A stretch of 53,856 nucleotides of DNA from Candidatus Omnitrophota bacterium (GCA_043816025.1 JBDRIH010000065.1:1-53856), one strand, 5' to 3'. Counted from the stretch's first letter, positions 1 to 9,813 are shown. Numbers and translations: made by a program. The notes: generated from the letters alone by a model not told the origin.

Positions 1-465
1 GCGATGAGCGGCACGGTCACGCAAGGCGCAACGTATAAGAATAAAATGTCCGAATTGGACAGCCAAATCGTAACCCTAGAAGACAAACTCACCAAACTGC
101 GGACACAAAAAACGGTCAACGACATGACCGCAAACTCAGCCGACTACCTCCACGAAACCCTGCAGTTTGCCATGCAGTACCTCGACAAAGCCCCCGTAGA
201 TGCCCAGAAAAGCCTAATACACGCCCTTGTTAAAGACATTGTGATCCATAACGACGTAATTGACCTTAAAATGTACCTCGGCGATCCTGACACAGTTTTG
301 CAAGCCGATATAAACGATTGTGAACATAATCACGACGGTATAAAAAAGAAAAGCCCCACTCCGGCGCAATGCCGAAATGGGGCTGTAACCGAACAGGCGG
401 TTGTTGCGTCTGTTCGTCAACAATGGCTCCCCGGGTTGGATTCGAACCAACAACCTATTGGTTAA
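1..465 (+). CDS. Serine recombinase (large/resolvase-type), C-terminal fragment; 5' end outside window
   Basis: The frame is open from base 1. A coiled-coil-like stretch KMSELDSQIVTLEDKLTKLRTQ is followed by SLIHALVKDIVIHNDVIDLKMYL, a layout typical of C-termini of large serine recombinases. The last 42 nt overlap tRNA-Asn on the opposite strand. Confidence 0.45.
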   Translation, partial: AMSGTVTQGATYKNKMSELDSQIVTLEDKLTKLRTQKTVNDMTANSADYLHETLQFAMQYLDKAPVDAQKSLIHALVKDIVIHNDVIDLKMYLGDPDTVLQADINDCEHNHDGIKKKSPTPAQCRNGAVTEQAVVASVRQQWLPGLDSNQQPIG

Positions 466-499
466 CAGCCAATCGCTACTACCATTGAGCTACCGGGGA
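424..499 (-). tRNA. tRNA-Asn (anticodon GTT), CCA encoded
   Basis: The reverse complement reads TCCCCGGTAGCTCAATGGTAGTAGCGATTGGCTGTTAACCAATAGGTTGTTGGTTCGAATCCAACCCGGGGAGCCA. It has a 7-bp acceptor stem TCCCCGG/CCGGGGA and an anticodon arm ATTGG-CTGTTAA-CCAAT. The T arm is GTTGG-TTCGAAT-CCAAC, the discriminator is G, and the length is 76 nt. Confidence 0.9.
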
Positions 500-559
500 G
501 CGATATGTGAAAACTGTCTGGCGAATTTTAATTATAGGTAAAACCGCGAACATTGTCAA

Positions 560-588
560 TTGGAAAGGCTCCCGGGTTGTGGTACAAT
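560..588 (+). promoter_or_regulatory. Putative sigma70-type promoter of dinB (TTGGAA-17-TACAAT with TG extension)
   Basis: ttggaa lies at 560-565 and tacaat at 583-588, preceded by tgg. The ATG at 595 is only 6 nt downstream and has no Shine-Dalgarno sequence. Confidence 0.35.
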
Positions 589-594
589 CTGCTC

Positions 595-1770
595 ATGAGC
601 GCAAAACAAAGATACATAGTCCATGTCGATATGGACGCTTTCTTCGCATCCGTGGAACAGCGTGATAATCCCGCCTGCAGGGGTAAACCGGTCATTATAG
701 GCGCGGACCCGAAAGACGGCAAAGGACGGGGCGTCGTCTCGACCTGTTCCTACGAAGCGCGCAGGTTCGGCATACATTCGGCCATGCCGATATCCATCGC
801 CTACAAAAGGTGTCCGGACGCGGTATTCTTGCCGCCAGATATGGAAAAATACTCCCGTGTCTCCCATAAAATATTCGAAATACTGGAGAGGTTCACTCCC
901 GAGATAGAACCGATCAGTATCGACGAGGGCTTTCTGGACATAACCGGCAGTTACCATCTTTTCGGAACACCGTCGGAAACCTGCCGCCGGATCAAATCCT
1001 TGATAAAAAAAGAAACGAACCTTACGGCTTCCGTGGGGCTTGCGCCTAACAAAATGACCGCTAAAATAGCTTCAGACATCAACAAGCCGGACGCCCTGGT
1101 GGTGGTAAGCAAAGAGGATCTTTTGAGTTTTCTTCATCCTTTGCCTGTCGGTAAACTGTGGGGCGTCGGTGAGAAGACAAAAATAGAACTTAAGAAAATG
1201 GGGATACGCACTATAGGTGACCTGGCAAAACGAAACATAGCGGATTTAGAACATGTCTTCGGAAGGAACGGGCGTCACGCGTGGGAACTCGCCAACGGTA
1301 TAGACCCTCGCGTGGTAGAAACCTCCGAAGAAGTGAAATCAATCAGTAACGAGTACACATTCGAACAGGATACGAGCGAAAAACACAAAATCAAGGATAC
1401 ATTGATGTTTCTGAGCGAAAAGGTATCCAGGCGCCTGCGTAAATCTGGACTGAAAGGTAAAACCGTTACGCTAAAAATAAGATTCTCCGATTTCAGAACA
1501 TACACAAGATCGATCACCCTCGAAGCACCCACGAATTTCGTGGATGTCATCTATGAATATTCCTCAAGAAAAATGGAAAGTTTCGATCTGGATAAAAAAA
1601 CGGTAAGACTGGTCGGGGTACGCGTGTCGAACCTGGTTGATCCCTCGCGGAAGGCTGATCTATTCGAGGGGGAGTCCGAATCGGCAGAAAAAAAGGAAAG
1701 GCTTCACAAGGCTCTGGACCGCATACTGGACCGCTTCGGTGAAGGAGCTCTAAGGCACCGCAGCATTTAA
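595..1770 (+). CDS. dinB: DNA polymerase IV (Y-family translesion polymerase)
   Basis: Contains YIVHVDMDAFFASVEQRDNP and SIDEGFLDIT catalytic motifs and a little-finger region. The ATG at 595 is preferred over the TTG at 553. Confidence 0.9.
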   Translation: MSAKQRYIVHVDMDAFFASVEQRDNPACRGKPVIIGADPKDGKGRGVVSTCSYEARRFGIHSAMPISIAYKRCPDAVFLPPDMEKYSRVSHKIFEILERFTPEIEPISIDEGFLDITGSYHLFGTPSETCRRIKSLIKKETNLTASVGLAPNKMTAKIASDINKPDALVVVSKEDLLSFLHPLPVGKLWGVGEKTKIELKKMGIRTIGDLAKRNIADLEHVFGRNGRHAWELANGIDPRVVETSEEVKSISNEYTFEQDTSEKHKIKDTLMFLSEKVSRRLRKSGLKGKTVTLKIRFSDFRTYTRSITLEAPTNFVDVIYEYSSRKMESFDLDKKTVRLVGVRVSNLVDPSRKADLFEGESESAEKKERLHKALDRILDRFGEGALRHRSI

Positions 1771-2324
1771 GCGCGCCTGAAAAGCATCTGCTCGGCGATC
1801 ATATCTGCTTTGGCTCTGCCCACAAGATTCTCCGCGATCTTAACCGCAAACGCGAAAGCCGTCCCGGGGCCACGGCTCGTGATAACGTTGCCGTCCTGGA
1901 CCACTTCTTCTTTCACGAATTTTACATCCGGCGCGAAATTCTTCTCCAGGGCCGGGTAACAAGTCGCTTTTTTGCCGCTCAAAATGCCCGTGGGCGCAAG
2001 GACGAGTGCCGGCGAAGCGCATATCGCCGCGATGAGTTTGCCTTCGGAATGCATCTTCAATATCAGGTCTTTCACTTTTACCGAACTCGCAAGATTCTCA
2101 GCGCCGGGTAGCCCCCCCGGAAAAACAACGGCGTCGGGAAGGCAATTACAATCGTCAATATGAATATCGGGTTTTATCACAACGCCGTGTGTGCCCGTTA
2201 TGAAATCACCGTCAAGGCCGGCCACAATGACTTCTACCTCCGCCCGGCGGAGAACGTCCATCGGTGTAACCGCTTCTATCTCTTCAAACCCATCGGCAAG
2301 GACTATTAACGCTTTCTTCTTCAT
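1767..2324 (-). CDS. DJ-1/PfpI family protein
   Basis: 185 aa with the nucleophile-elbow cysteine in LIAAICASPALVL and DGFEEIE near the N-terminus. Confidence 0.85.
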   Translation of the reverse strand: MKKKALIVLADGFEEIEAVTPMDVLRRAEVEVIVAGLDGDFITGTHGVVIKPDIHIDDCNCLPDAVVFPGGLPGAENLASSVKVKDLILKMHSEGKLIAAICASPALVLAPTGILSGKKATCYPALEKNFAPDVKFVKEEVVQDGNVITSRGPGTAFAFAVKIAENLVGRAKADMIAEQMLFRRA

Positions 2325-3088
2325 TGTACCTCCTTTGACACAAATTCTACTGAAAGACGGACAAGTTCCCCGGCACCCATATCATAACCGTTTTTCTCAG
2401 GGGGCGCTAAAGTTTCCCACAAGGGTTTTTTCAGAGGCAGATCACTGACAAACACCAGACCCGCGGCTTTAAGCCCCGCCACACGCGCGGCGCAATATAC
2501 CGCCGAAAGCTCCATGTCTATCCCCATGAACCCCTTCTTTTCTATCTCGAGTACATTTGCCCGCTGTTCGGCTACGAGCGAACCCGTGGTGAAAATATCT
2601 CCTGTCTTCAGAGCCGTTTTGTCCGGCATCCAGCGGGATAAAAACTTTGTTAAACTTTCCGTATAACCCGCGTCGGCGGAATTCAGCTCTCCCATATCAA
2701 AAATCCTTTTCATGTCGAAATCCCGCCCGTAATACCGCGAGAACCCTTCGCCGTTAAACGCGCTCTCGCATATAACGAGGTCGCCTATCCCGCAATCGGT
2801 CAACCCCCCGCAGGCGCCGGCGAAAAGCATTTTGCTCACCGGCGAAACATTAAGAAGAAGAACCGCGTCCCCCATAAAGCGGTCGCCCATCCGGCAGTGG
2901 ACCACGGCAAATTTCTGACCGTCCTTCACAGCCGTTATTCCTGAATATAATCGGCCCTTGAAAGACTCAAGAGTCTGACAATGCTCGGCAAACCGCCCTA
3001 CATGAAGAAAAGGCGTTATAATAGCCGTCTCCGGGAAAAGAGCGGGAGAACAACCAAAACAGTATTCGAACAATTTCTTTTTATCCAT
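2321..3088 (-). CDS. Nucleoside phosphorylase-fold protein (PNP/UDP-1 family), specificity unknown
   Basis: Contains GACGGL, GIDMELSAVYCAA and VFVSDLP patterns. The start is set at MDKKKLFEY (3088), which overlaps the upstream gene stop by 8 nt. Confidence 0.6.
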   Translation of the reverse strand: MDKKKLFEYCFGCSPALFPETAIITPFLHVGRFAEHCQTLESFKGRLYSGITAVKDGQKFAVVHCRMGDRFMGDAVLLLNVSPVSKMLFAGACGGLTDCGIGDLVICESAFNGEGFSRYYGRDFDMKRIFDMGELNSADAGYTESLTKFLSRWMPDKTALKTGDIFTTGSLVAEQRANVLEIEKKGFMGIDMELSAVYCAARVAGLKAAGLVFVSDLPLKKPLWETLAPPEKNGYDMGAGELVRLSVEFVSKEVQ

Positions 3089-3857
3089 TATCAGTGTCCC
3101 GCAAGCGGCCGCACTCTTCGCATTCTTTGACGGTTTCAGGGTTATCCGCACCGCAATTCCTGCATACCCAGAACCCTTCCGGAGGGTTCTTGATCCGGTG
3201 CTGTTTTTTTATGTATGGCCACGCCCAATAATAAACTAAAACATAAATACCGGCAAGCGCCGCAATCAGAAAAAATGGAAAAAGAAAAAGAGGGGGCGTA
3301 ATAACCGGTCTTACACCGCCCAGCCTGATACCGTAAGAGGCCAGCCTTTCCTTGATGAGTTCCCGCGCGGGATCATACCGCTCTATACCCGAGGAAGCAA
3401 GGGTGCGTATCATGGGTCCGGAGATGCGGTACATTCCGGCATGATAATTCTTAAGTTTATTAAGATAACTTTTATAATATCTAGCCGCGGAGGAGTAATC
3501 ACCGTTTTCTTCATAGACAAGCGCCAGCAGGAAATCCGTACCGAAATATTCCGGCCATATACCGCGCGCCTTTAAAAGATCCTCCTCAGCCACTTTCAAA
3601 TCGCCGGCGGAAATAGCGTATATCCCGTCGGTGAAACTTACCGCGAAAGCATTCAGATCCTTCTGCACCTTCCCGTCACCGGAGATGCTGTCAACAACCG
3701 CCTGGTTGAGAAAAAATCTATCGTAGGAAAAGAACCTGTCTTTATCGACGGATGTTTCAGCAACTACCGCGGTACACGCTGAGAATATCAGTACCGCTAA
3801 AAGGACGGAGATCAAAAAGCTATCTAATCTCTGAGGGGTTGGGGTTAAAAAAGCCAT
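3081..3857 (-). CDS. Membrane-anchored TPR-like protein with C-terminal zinc ribbon
   Basis: Has an N-terminal signal/TM segment, TPR-like repeats (AARYYKSYLNKL) and a second TM segment. The C-terminal motif is CRNCGADNPETVKECEECG. Confidence 0.5.
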   Translation of the reverse strand: MAFLTPTPQRLDSFLISVLLAVLIFSACTAVVAETSVDKDRFFSYDRFFLNQAVVDSISGDGKVQKDLNAFAVSFTDGIYAISAGDLKVAEEDLLKARGIWPEYFGTDFLLALVYEENGDYSSAARYYKSYLNKLKNYHAGMYRISGPMIRTLASSGIERYDPARELIKERLASYGIRLGGVRPVITPPLFLFPFFLIAALAGIYVLVYYWAWPYIKKQHRIKNPPEGFWVCRNCGADNPETVKECEECGRLRDTDNG

Positions 3858-3871
3858 GTTTGCTCATCGGC

Positions 3872-4231
3872 CTACGCGGTGCTTTTGATTAAACTCAGGA
3901 CTTTATCTATCTCGAAAGGTTTATAAATTATCTCGGACGCTTTTGCTTCAAGCGCTTTATGGACCAGCTCATCTACGGAATGCGCCGTCATCATAATAAC
4001 AATGGCTTTCGGACAGAGCTTTTTGATCTCTTTGAGGGTCTCGATCCCATCCATATCAGGCATCTTTATATCCAGAAACATTATATCAAACTCGTCGTCT
4101 TTCACCATCTCTACGGCGCTTTTCCCGCCATAACAGCTTTCGGCCTTGTAATCGTTAGCCCTCAATATGTCGCAGAAAACATCAGCGAAATCTTTGTTGT
4201 CATCAATGACCAGTATTTTGTGCTCTTTCAT
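3872..4231 (-). CDS. Response regulator, receiver domain only (CheY-like)
   Basis: Contains KILVIDDN, FLDIKMPDMDG and MMTAH. The start at 4231 is preceded by ggagatggagaag. Confidence 0.85.
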   Translation of the reverse strand: MKEHKILVIDDNKDFADVFCDILRANDYKAESCYGGKSAVEMVKDDEFDIMFLDIKMPDMDGIETLKEIKKLCPKAIVIMMTAHSVDELVHKALEAKASEIIYKPFEIDKVLSLIKSTA

Positions 4232-4341
4232 AAATCTTCTCCATCTCCGTGAGATGTCTCCCACCGTTTACGAAAAACGTTCTCGAAGTGATATAAATTC
4301 TACAATAAGTAGTCACCTTTGTCGACAGGTTTTTAAATACC

Positions 4342-4959
4342 TCACTCTATGACTACGTTATCCACATAAATAGAACCGTGATACCTGGGACCTATACTGT
4401 GGGGGGGTGAGGCGTCGTATTCTACTCTGATGGCGATCTTCCTGACATTATGGATATTCTTAAAAAGACGTTTATCTCCTCTTCCCTTCCAATCCGAGTT
4501 TTCCTGTTCTTCAGACTCAAGCCTTGCCTTTATCGTGGTCCATTTGCCGGGTATTAGAATAGCCGTGTGGCGCATCTCGGTAAAATACCAGCCGTCCCCC
4601 GCGGTTAGAATGATCCGGGCCTTAAGGATACCTCCCGGAGCCTGTTTGGGGAGATACACATCCGCGGAAATGGTCTTGTAGTCGCTCAGGTCCATATCTT
4701 TTTCCCGTTCAACCAGAGCCGCCGTCCACATGTCACCGGGAAAGTCGCAAATCATTTCCAGGGAATTGTTACCGTGCGATGCCCGTTTTTTGCTTACCTC
4801 CACGGTCTCGGCTCTATGGTCCTCCTGATAATAGGCCCAATCGGGTATTCTCCAGTCCTGGGTTGTCGTTTCAAAGTCGAAATGAACCCCATCGGCGCCG
4901 ACAAATCCGACTGTTAGAAAAACAAATACTGTAATAAAAATAAATAGGATGATCTTCAA
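4342..4959 (-). CDS. Secreted hypothetical protein, possibly a carbohydrate-binding beta-sandwich
   Basis: Has the signal peptide MKIILFIFITVFVFLTVGFVGA but no catalytic motif that I recognise. Confidence 0.45.
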   Translation of the reverse strand: MKIILFIFITVFVFLTVGFVGADGVHFDFETTTQDWRIPDWAYYQEDHRAETVEVSKKRASHGNNSLEMICDFPGDMWTAALVEREKDMDLSDYKTISADVYLPKQAPGGILKARIILTAGDGWYFTEMRHTAILIPGKWTTIKARLESEEQENSDWKGRGDKRLFKNIHNVRKIAIRVEYDASPPHSIGPRYHGSIYVDNVVIE

Positions 4960-5173
4960 CGATGCATCTCCTCTATATTGACACTTTCCCCATTATTCCG
5001 CTATTATATCATAACTCTATATAGGATATGAATCTACATTTTTGCAAAAAACATTCCTAATCATTTTGCTAAGTGTATATATTTAAAGGGGTTTATAAAG
5101 CAAGTACCCTTGTCCTGTTGACTCCCAAATAAATATATGGTATTCTTGTTTAAAACAAGATGGAGTAATTCAA

Positions 5174-6343
5174 ATGAATACGAATAATAACGAAATACTG
5201 TTATCCGTTGTAATGCCATGCCTTAACGAGGAAGAAACGGTTGGAACGTGCATAAAAAAAGCTTTTAGCTCAATAGAAAAGATGGGAATCAAAGGAGAGG
5301 TTGTTATAGCTGATAATGGGTCAACCGACCGTTCAATCTCTATAGCTGAATCGCTTGGCGCCCGTGTAGTTGCTGAATCCATAAAAGGTTACGGAAAAGC
5401 TCTTATAAAAGGAATAAGCGAATCCAGAGGCAAATATGTCTTAATGGGAGATGCTGATGACTCGTATGACTTTTCCAGCATTGAAGGCTTTGTAGAAAAA
5501 CTAAAAGAAGGCTACGACTTAGTTATGGGGACAAGATTAAAAGGTGAAATCAAAAAAGGCGCAATGTCTCTTTCCCACCGTTTAGGAAATCCTGTTATGA
5601 CATGGATTTTGAATATATTCTACAGAACTGGTATCTCGGATGTAAATTGTGGTTTAAGGGCTTTTACCAAAAAGGCTTTCGAGAAGCTGGATTTAAAATG
5701 TGGCGGCATGGAATTCGCTTCTGAATTTGTCGTAAAATCCATAAAAGAAAAACTAAAAATTGCCGAAATACCCATAATACTTTATAAAGACGGGAGAAGT
5801 AGGCCCCCCCATCTTAGAACAATTCATGATGCCTGGAGACATTTAAGGTTTCTCCTGATCTACTGCCCCACATTCCTTTATATGATACCTGGGCTATTGC
5901 TATTCACATCAGGTTTTTTTATCCTGACACGGGGGTTATTCACCCCCTTCCAGGTCGGCCACTTTACTATCGACTTTCACTTTAATTTCCTGGGCTCTGT
6001 GCTATCGATTACAGGTTTCCAACTTTGCATGCTTGGCCTGCTCGCGCGTTCATTCGCGTATATCAAGGGGTTTGATAAATACGATAAATTTATAATAAAT
6101 TATGTCAAAACTTTCTCGCTGGAAAGAAGCCTAATAATCGGTATATTAGCTATTGGTTTCGGCCTTGTGTTCTTTATGACAATTTTAGCAAAATGGATAA
6201 TTGGTAATTTCGGAGAGCTGTTTGAAGTAAGAAAAGGCATAATAGGAATTACCTTGATCGCCATAGGCTTCCAATATATATCCTCTTCCTTCTTTCTGAG
6301 TATGCTGCTTATGGAAGATGTGGAAAAAAAACAGCTGGATTGA
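5174..6343 (+). CDS. GT2 glycosyltransferase with C-terminal membrane domain (polyprenyl-phosphate sugar synthase-like)
   Basis: Contains LSVVMPCLNEE, ADNGSTD and GDADDSYD (DxD), followed by about 4 TM helices after residue 230. Confidence 0.8.
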   Translation: MNTNNNEILLSVVMPCLNEEETVGTCIKKAFSSIEKMGIKGEVVIADNGSTDRSISIAESLGARVVAESIKGYGKALIKGISESRGKYVLMGDADDSYDFSSIEGFVEKLKEGYDLVMGTRLKGEIKKGAMSLSHRLGNPVMTWILNIFYRTGISDVNCGLRAFTKKAFEKLDLKCGGMEFASEFVVKSIKEKLKIAEIPIILYKDGRSRPPHLRTIHDAWRHLRFLLIYCPTFLYMIPGLLLFTSGFFILTRGLFTPFQVGHFTIDFHFNFLGSVLSITGFQLCMLGLLARSFAYIKGFDKYDKFIINYVKTFSLERSLIIGILAIGFGLVFFMTILAKWIIGNFGELFEVRKGIIGITLIAIGFQYISSSFFLSMLLMEDVEKKQLD

Positions 6344-6385
6344 TAACCCTATTGACGATTCGCGAGTTCCAACGTTCGAGCTCAT

Positions 6386-7405
6386 TCATTTGCCGGAAAG
6401 CCATATCCATGTAACTCTCATATATTCTTTAAGACTTTCCAGAGGGCTTGAAATAAATCCCAGCCGTTCCAGTTCTCTATCTGAAATATTGCGATTGGCC
6501 TGGATATATTTTCGTTTATCCATCAACGAACGCAAATCCATCAAGGCGCACACTGTGCCTTTAATCAGGGCCGCCGCATTATTCCATTTAAGAAAAATTA
6601 AGTAAAAAAGTATTTTCAAGATATTATATACGCCAAAAATCGGCACCGCCAGAAGAAGCCTTAAAAGACCAAGATTTTTCACTATATTGAACAAGGAATT
6701 TCGCTGGGAATAATATACCCTAAACGGCGTTTCCCTTTTCCCGATACTTGAACCAACTTTATGATAGCCAACCGACCTCGGCTGATAAATTATTTTATAT
6801 CCTCTAAGAATAATGCGCCAACAAAGGTCCGTATCTTCGCATAAAAGAAAGTAATCCCCGTCAAAACCACCTATTTCTTCAAACACTTTCCGTTTGATAA
6901 GACAACTTGCGGCACAGGCGCCGCCAACATATTTTTTAACATTGAATTCGGCGGCGTCCTTTTGACCATATCCCCTGTCAAAACCCACTCCAATGAAAGT
7001 AATTGCAATGCCGGCGCTATTGACCAGGTCGGGGTGATCATAAAAACATATTTTGCTTCCGACGATAGCAACGTCTTTTTCTTCATCAGCAGTTTCCACA
7101 AGGGTCTTGAGCCAATCCATATCGGTCTTAAAATCATTATTTAAGAGCGCTACATATTCATAATTTTTATCTAATTGCATGATGGCTTTATTATATCCCT
7201 CAGCAAAACCGTAATTTTTATCCATATTAATGATCTTTACCTCGGGAAAACTTTCTATCGTATAATCAATTGAACCGTCCGAAGAATTATTGTCCAAAAG
7301 AAAAACATCGAATTCTTTGAATGTTTGTTCCCGCAACGATAAAAAACATTCTTTTAAATGTTTTTTACCATTGTAATTTATTACTACTACTGCTACTCTG
7401 TTCAT
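6386..7405 (-). CDS. GT2 glycosyltransferase
   Basis: Contains VAVVVINYNG, LLDNNSSDGS and LLNNDF, with a CEDTDLCWR region typical of rhamnosyltransferase-like GT2 enzymes. Confidence 0.8.
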   Translation of the reverse strand: MNRVAVVVINYNGKKHLKECFLSLREQTFKEFDVFLLDNNSSDGSIDYTIESFPEVKIINMDKNYGFAEGYNKAIMQLDKNYEYVALLNNDFKTDMDWLKTLVETADEEKDVAIVGSKICFYDHPDLVNSAGIAITFIGVGFDRGYGQKDAAEFNVKKYVGGACAASCLIKRKVFEEIGGFDGDYFLLCEDTDLCWRIILRGYKIIYQPRSVGYHKVGSSIGKRETPFRVYYSQRNSLFNIVKNLGLLRLLLAVPIFGVYNILKILFYLIFLKWNNAAALIKGTVCALMDLRSLMDKRKYIQANRNISDRELERLGFISSPLESLKEYMRVTWIWLSGK

Positions 7406-7414
7406 GAATTAACA

Positions 7415-8374
7415 TTACGGATAAATTATCGAGACTTTTTTGTACAGAAGGCCTTTTAGAAATCCAATATTCCAAAAAATAAGCCCTGATACGCCTAAAA
7501 TTAACATATTGAGTTTGAACATGAAATATCCGGACACAGCGGCAAGACATATTACTACAAATAATAAAAGTAAATACGGTTGGCTAAAAAATAAAATGCC
7601 AAATACCATTAAGCATATCAAACTAAATACCGGGATAAAATGGATTTTCCTGAAAAAACCATATTTTCTTACTAAAACCCCCTGCGCCCAGCCATATCTG
7701 TACATCATATAAATAAAAGATCTTATATTTTTCGGGCGATAATGATAAACCACGGCCCTGGGATTAAAAAATATCCTGTATCCCTTTTTTCTGAGACGGT
7801 GATCAAGCTCCACATCTTCTCCAGGCCACAATCCTTCTGCAAACCCACCTTCTTCAAGGAAGATTTCACGCTTATAAATGACCGTACAAGAAGGATTATG
7901 ATCAACCTCGATAATCTTATCGAACCTCTTGAGGCGCATATAATCAGTGACTATACCGCTTTTCTTGAAGAACTTGAATACCCTGCGTTCAAAATCGGTC
8001 GCATCCGGCGGTATATCCTGTGAACCTCCGCATGAAACTGCTTCAGGATAAATATCAAAACATCCTACTAATTCATTCAGCCAGTCATCGCTGACGATAC
8101 AGTCGGCATCGGTAAAAGCAATACATTCTCCGTTTCCTTTTTTTGCGGCGTTGTTCCTTGATCTTGAAGGGCCCAAAGACGAAACATTGGTGATAACAGT
8201 AACTCTCGGCTTGTATTTTTCCAGTAGGTTCGGGGTCTTATCTGTGGAACCGTCATCGATTACAATAACTTCATAGTTATTGTACCGCAAACTTAGAATA
8301 GAAGTTATGCACTTTTCTATAGTCTTTTCCGCGTTTTTCGCGGCAACCACTATGCTGACTGACGGTTTGTCCAT
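7415..8374 (-). CDS. GT2 glycosyltransferase with C-terminal TM helices
   Basis: Contains VSIVVAAKNAE, VIDDGSTD, FTDADC and GEDVELDHR. Confidence 0.8.
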   Translation of the reverse strand: MDKPSVSIVVAAKNAEKTIEKCITSILSLRYNNYEVIVIDDGSTDKTPNLLEKYKPRVTVITNVSSLGPSRSRNNAAKKGNGECIAFTDADCIVSDDWLNELVGCFDIYPEAVSCGGSQDIPPDATDFERRVFKFFKKSGIVTDYMRLKRFDKIIEVDHNPSCTVIYKREIFLEEGGFAEGLWPGEDVELDHRLRKKGYRIFFNPRAVVYHYRPKNIRSFIYMMYRYGWAQGVLVRKYGFFRKIHFIPVFSLICLMVFGILFFSQPYLLLLFVVICLAAVSGYFMFKLNMLILGVSGLIFWNIGFLKGLLYKKVSIIYP

Positions 8375-9801
8375 TTGCCTAAAAGATATGTTAAATAATT
8401 CCAGGCTCCTCTTACCTTTCGGTAAAGATCCGCCTTCGACCCTGTTTTTAGAAGAAAATTAAGCATATACCAAGGGCGTAAATAAAATTTCTTAAGCCCC
8501 AAATCCACATAATAATCGATCCTGTCCCGACTAAAACCGGGATAGTCCACCACTCCGGCCTGCTCCCCCTTCTCAAGCCAATCCGACCACTTCTTCGCTT
8601 TAAGCCACCCTTTCTTTTTACACTCATCATAAAAAGCAGTTCCGGGAAAAGGCACCGCTCCTGCAAATTGCACGGTATTTAATCTGAGTCCAAGCGCGAA
8701 GTCGATCGTTTCTTTCGCGCTTTTTTCTGTTTCTCCGGGAAGGCCTATCACAAAACATCCATGCACGTCAAGACCCTCTTTTTTCGCGCAACTCATGAAA
8801 CGTCTTGCCTGATCTATTGCAAGATGCTTATTCATCCTATCAAGCATGCCCTGGCTTCCAGACTCAAACCCGACAAGGAGCTCCCTGCACCCGGCCTTTT
8901 TCATTATTCTGAAAAGTTCAGGATCGGCGCTGTCCACGCGCGCGTTCACGGAAAAAGTTATCTTTAAACCGGACCGCAATATTTCCACGCAGATCTGCGT
9001 GGCCCTTTCCTTGTCGACGGTAAAAGTATCGTCCTCAAAGAAGAATTCTCCCCCTTTTAAGACCCTGGGACATAATTCGATATCATGCCTTATTTCATCA
9101 ATGACATTTTTGGGACTTCTTAACCTGTACCTCGTCCCGTGCATAACCTGCGGCCAGAGGCAAAATATACACCGCATGGGACATCCCCGGCCCGAAATAA
9201 TGTCGATATAAGGATACAATTTACCTCCATCAAAATATTTCATCAGGTCCAAGTGATGCCATGCCGGGAATGGCAGTTCATCTAAATTCTCTATCAAAGG
9301 CCGCGGCTCATTCTTTGTTACATTGCCGTCCCAGTAATATGCAATGCCCTTAACAGTAGACAGATTACTGAAATTTTCCATGGCATCCTTTACCGTATAA
9401 TCATACTCACCTATACAGGCGACATCGACGGCACCCTTGGCCAAAAGCAGCGTTTCTTCCGGCAAGGCCGACACATGCGGGCCTACCATTATTACCTTCG
9501 CGTCAGAGTTCTCCTTAACGATGCGAGCGCAATCAATATCAGAAAATATCGACGGGGTTGTAGAATCGAGAACCACAAAATCGGGCATTTCCCTTTGTAT
9601 TATAATGGTCAGAGCTTCCTTTTTCTGGCCATTAGCCACCATATCTATAAGCTTGATATCATGACCGCCCTTCTCCAGGACGGCAGCCGCATACGCAAGC
9701 CAATCCGGAGCCCGCAACACCCTGCCGCGGGTGCGTGCGGCCCAGCGCTGTGTGCGGCAAAAGTTCTTAACAAAAGGCTCGTTAATTACTAAAACTTTCA
9801 T
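8350..9801 (-). CDS. B12-binding-domain radical SAM enzyme
   Basis: Has an N-terminal Rossmann-like B12-binding region and a CxxxCxxC cluster, GRGCPMRCIFCLW. It overlaps the downstream GT2 by 25 nt. Confidence 0.8.
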   Translation of the reverse strand: MKVLVINEPFVKNFCRTQRWAARTRGRVLRAPDWLAYAAAVLEKGGHDIKLIDMVANGQKKEALTIIIQREMPDFVVLDSTTPSIFSDIDCARIVKENSDAKVIMVGPHVSALPEETLLLAKGAVDVACIGEYDYTVKDAMENFSNLSTVKGIAYYWDGNVTKNEPRPLIENLDELPFPAWHHLDLMKYFDGGKLYPYIDIISGRGCPMRCIFCLWPQVMHGTRYRLRSPKNVIDEIRHDIELCPRVLKGGEFFFEDDTFTVDKERATQICVEILRSGLKITFSVNARVDSADPELFRIMKKAGCRELLVGFESGSQGMLDRMNKHLAIDQARRFMSCAKKEGLDVHGCFVIGLPGETEKSAKETIDFALGLRLNTVQFAGAVPFPGTAFYDECKKKGWLKAKKWSDWLEKGEQAGVVDYPGFSRDRIDYYVDLGLKKFYLRPWYMLNFLLKTGSKADLYRKVRGAWNYLTYLLGKWTNRQSA

Positions 9802-9813
9802 GGATTAATATCC

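Noticed and set aside
500-594. A LexA/SOS box upstream of dinB.
   Set aside because: Only partial matches are present (CTGT without a spaced ACAG, and cgaacattgtcaat instead of a GAAC-N4-GTTC palindrome). Support is insufficient.
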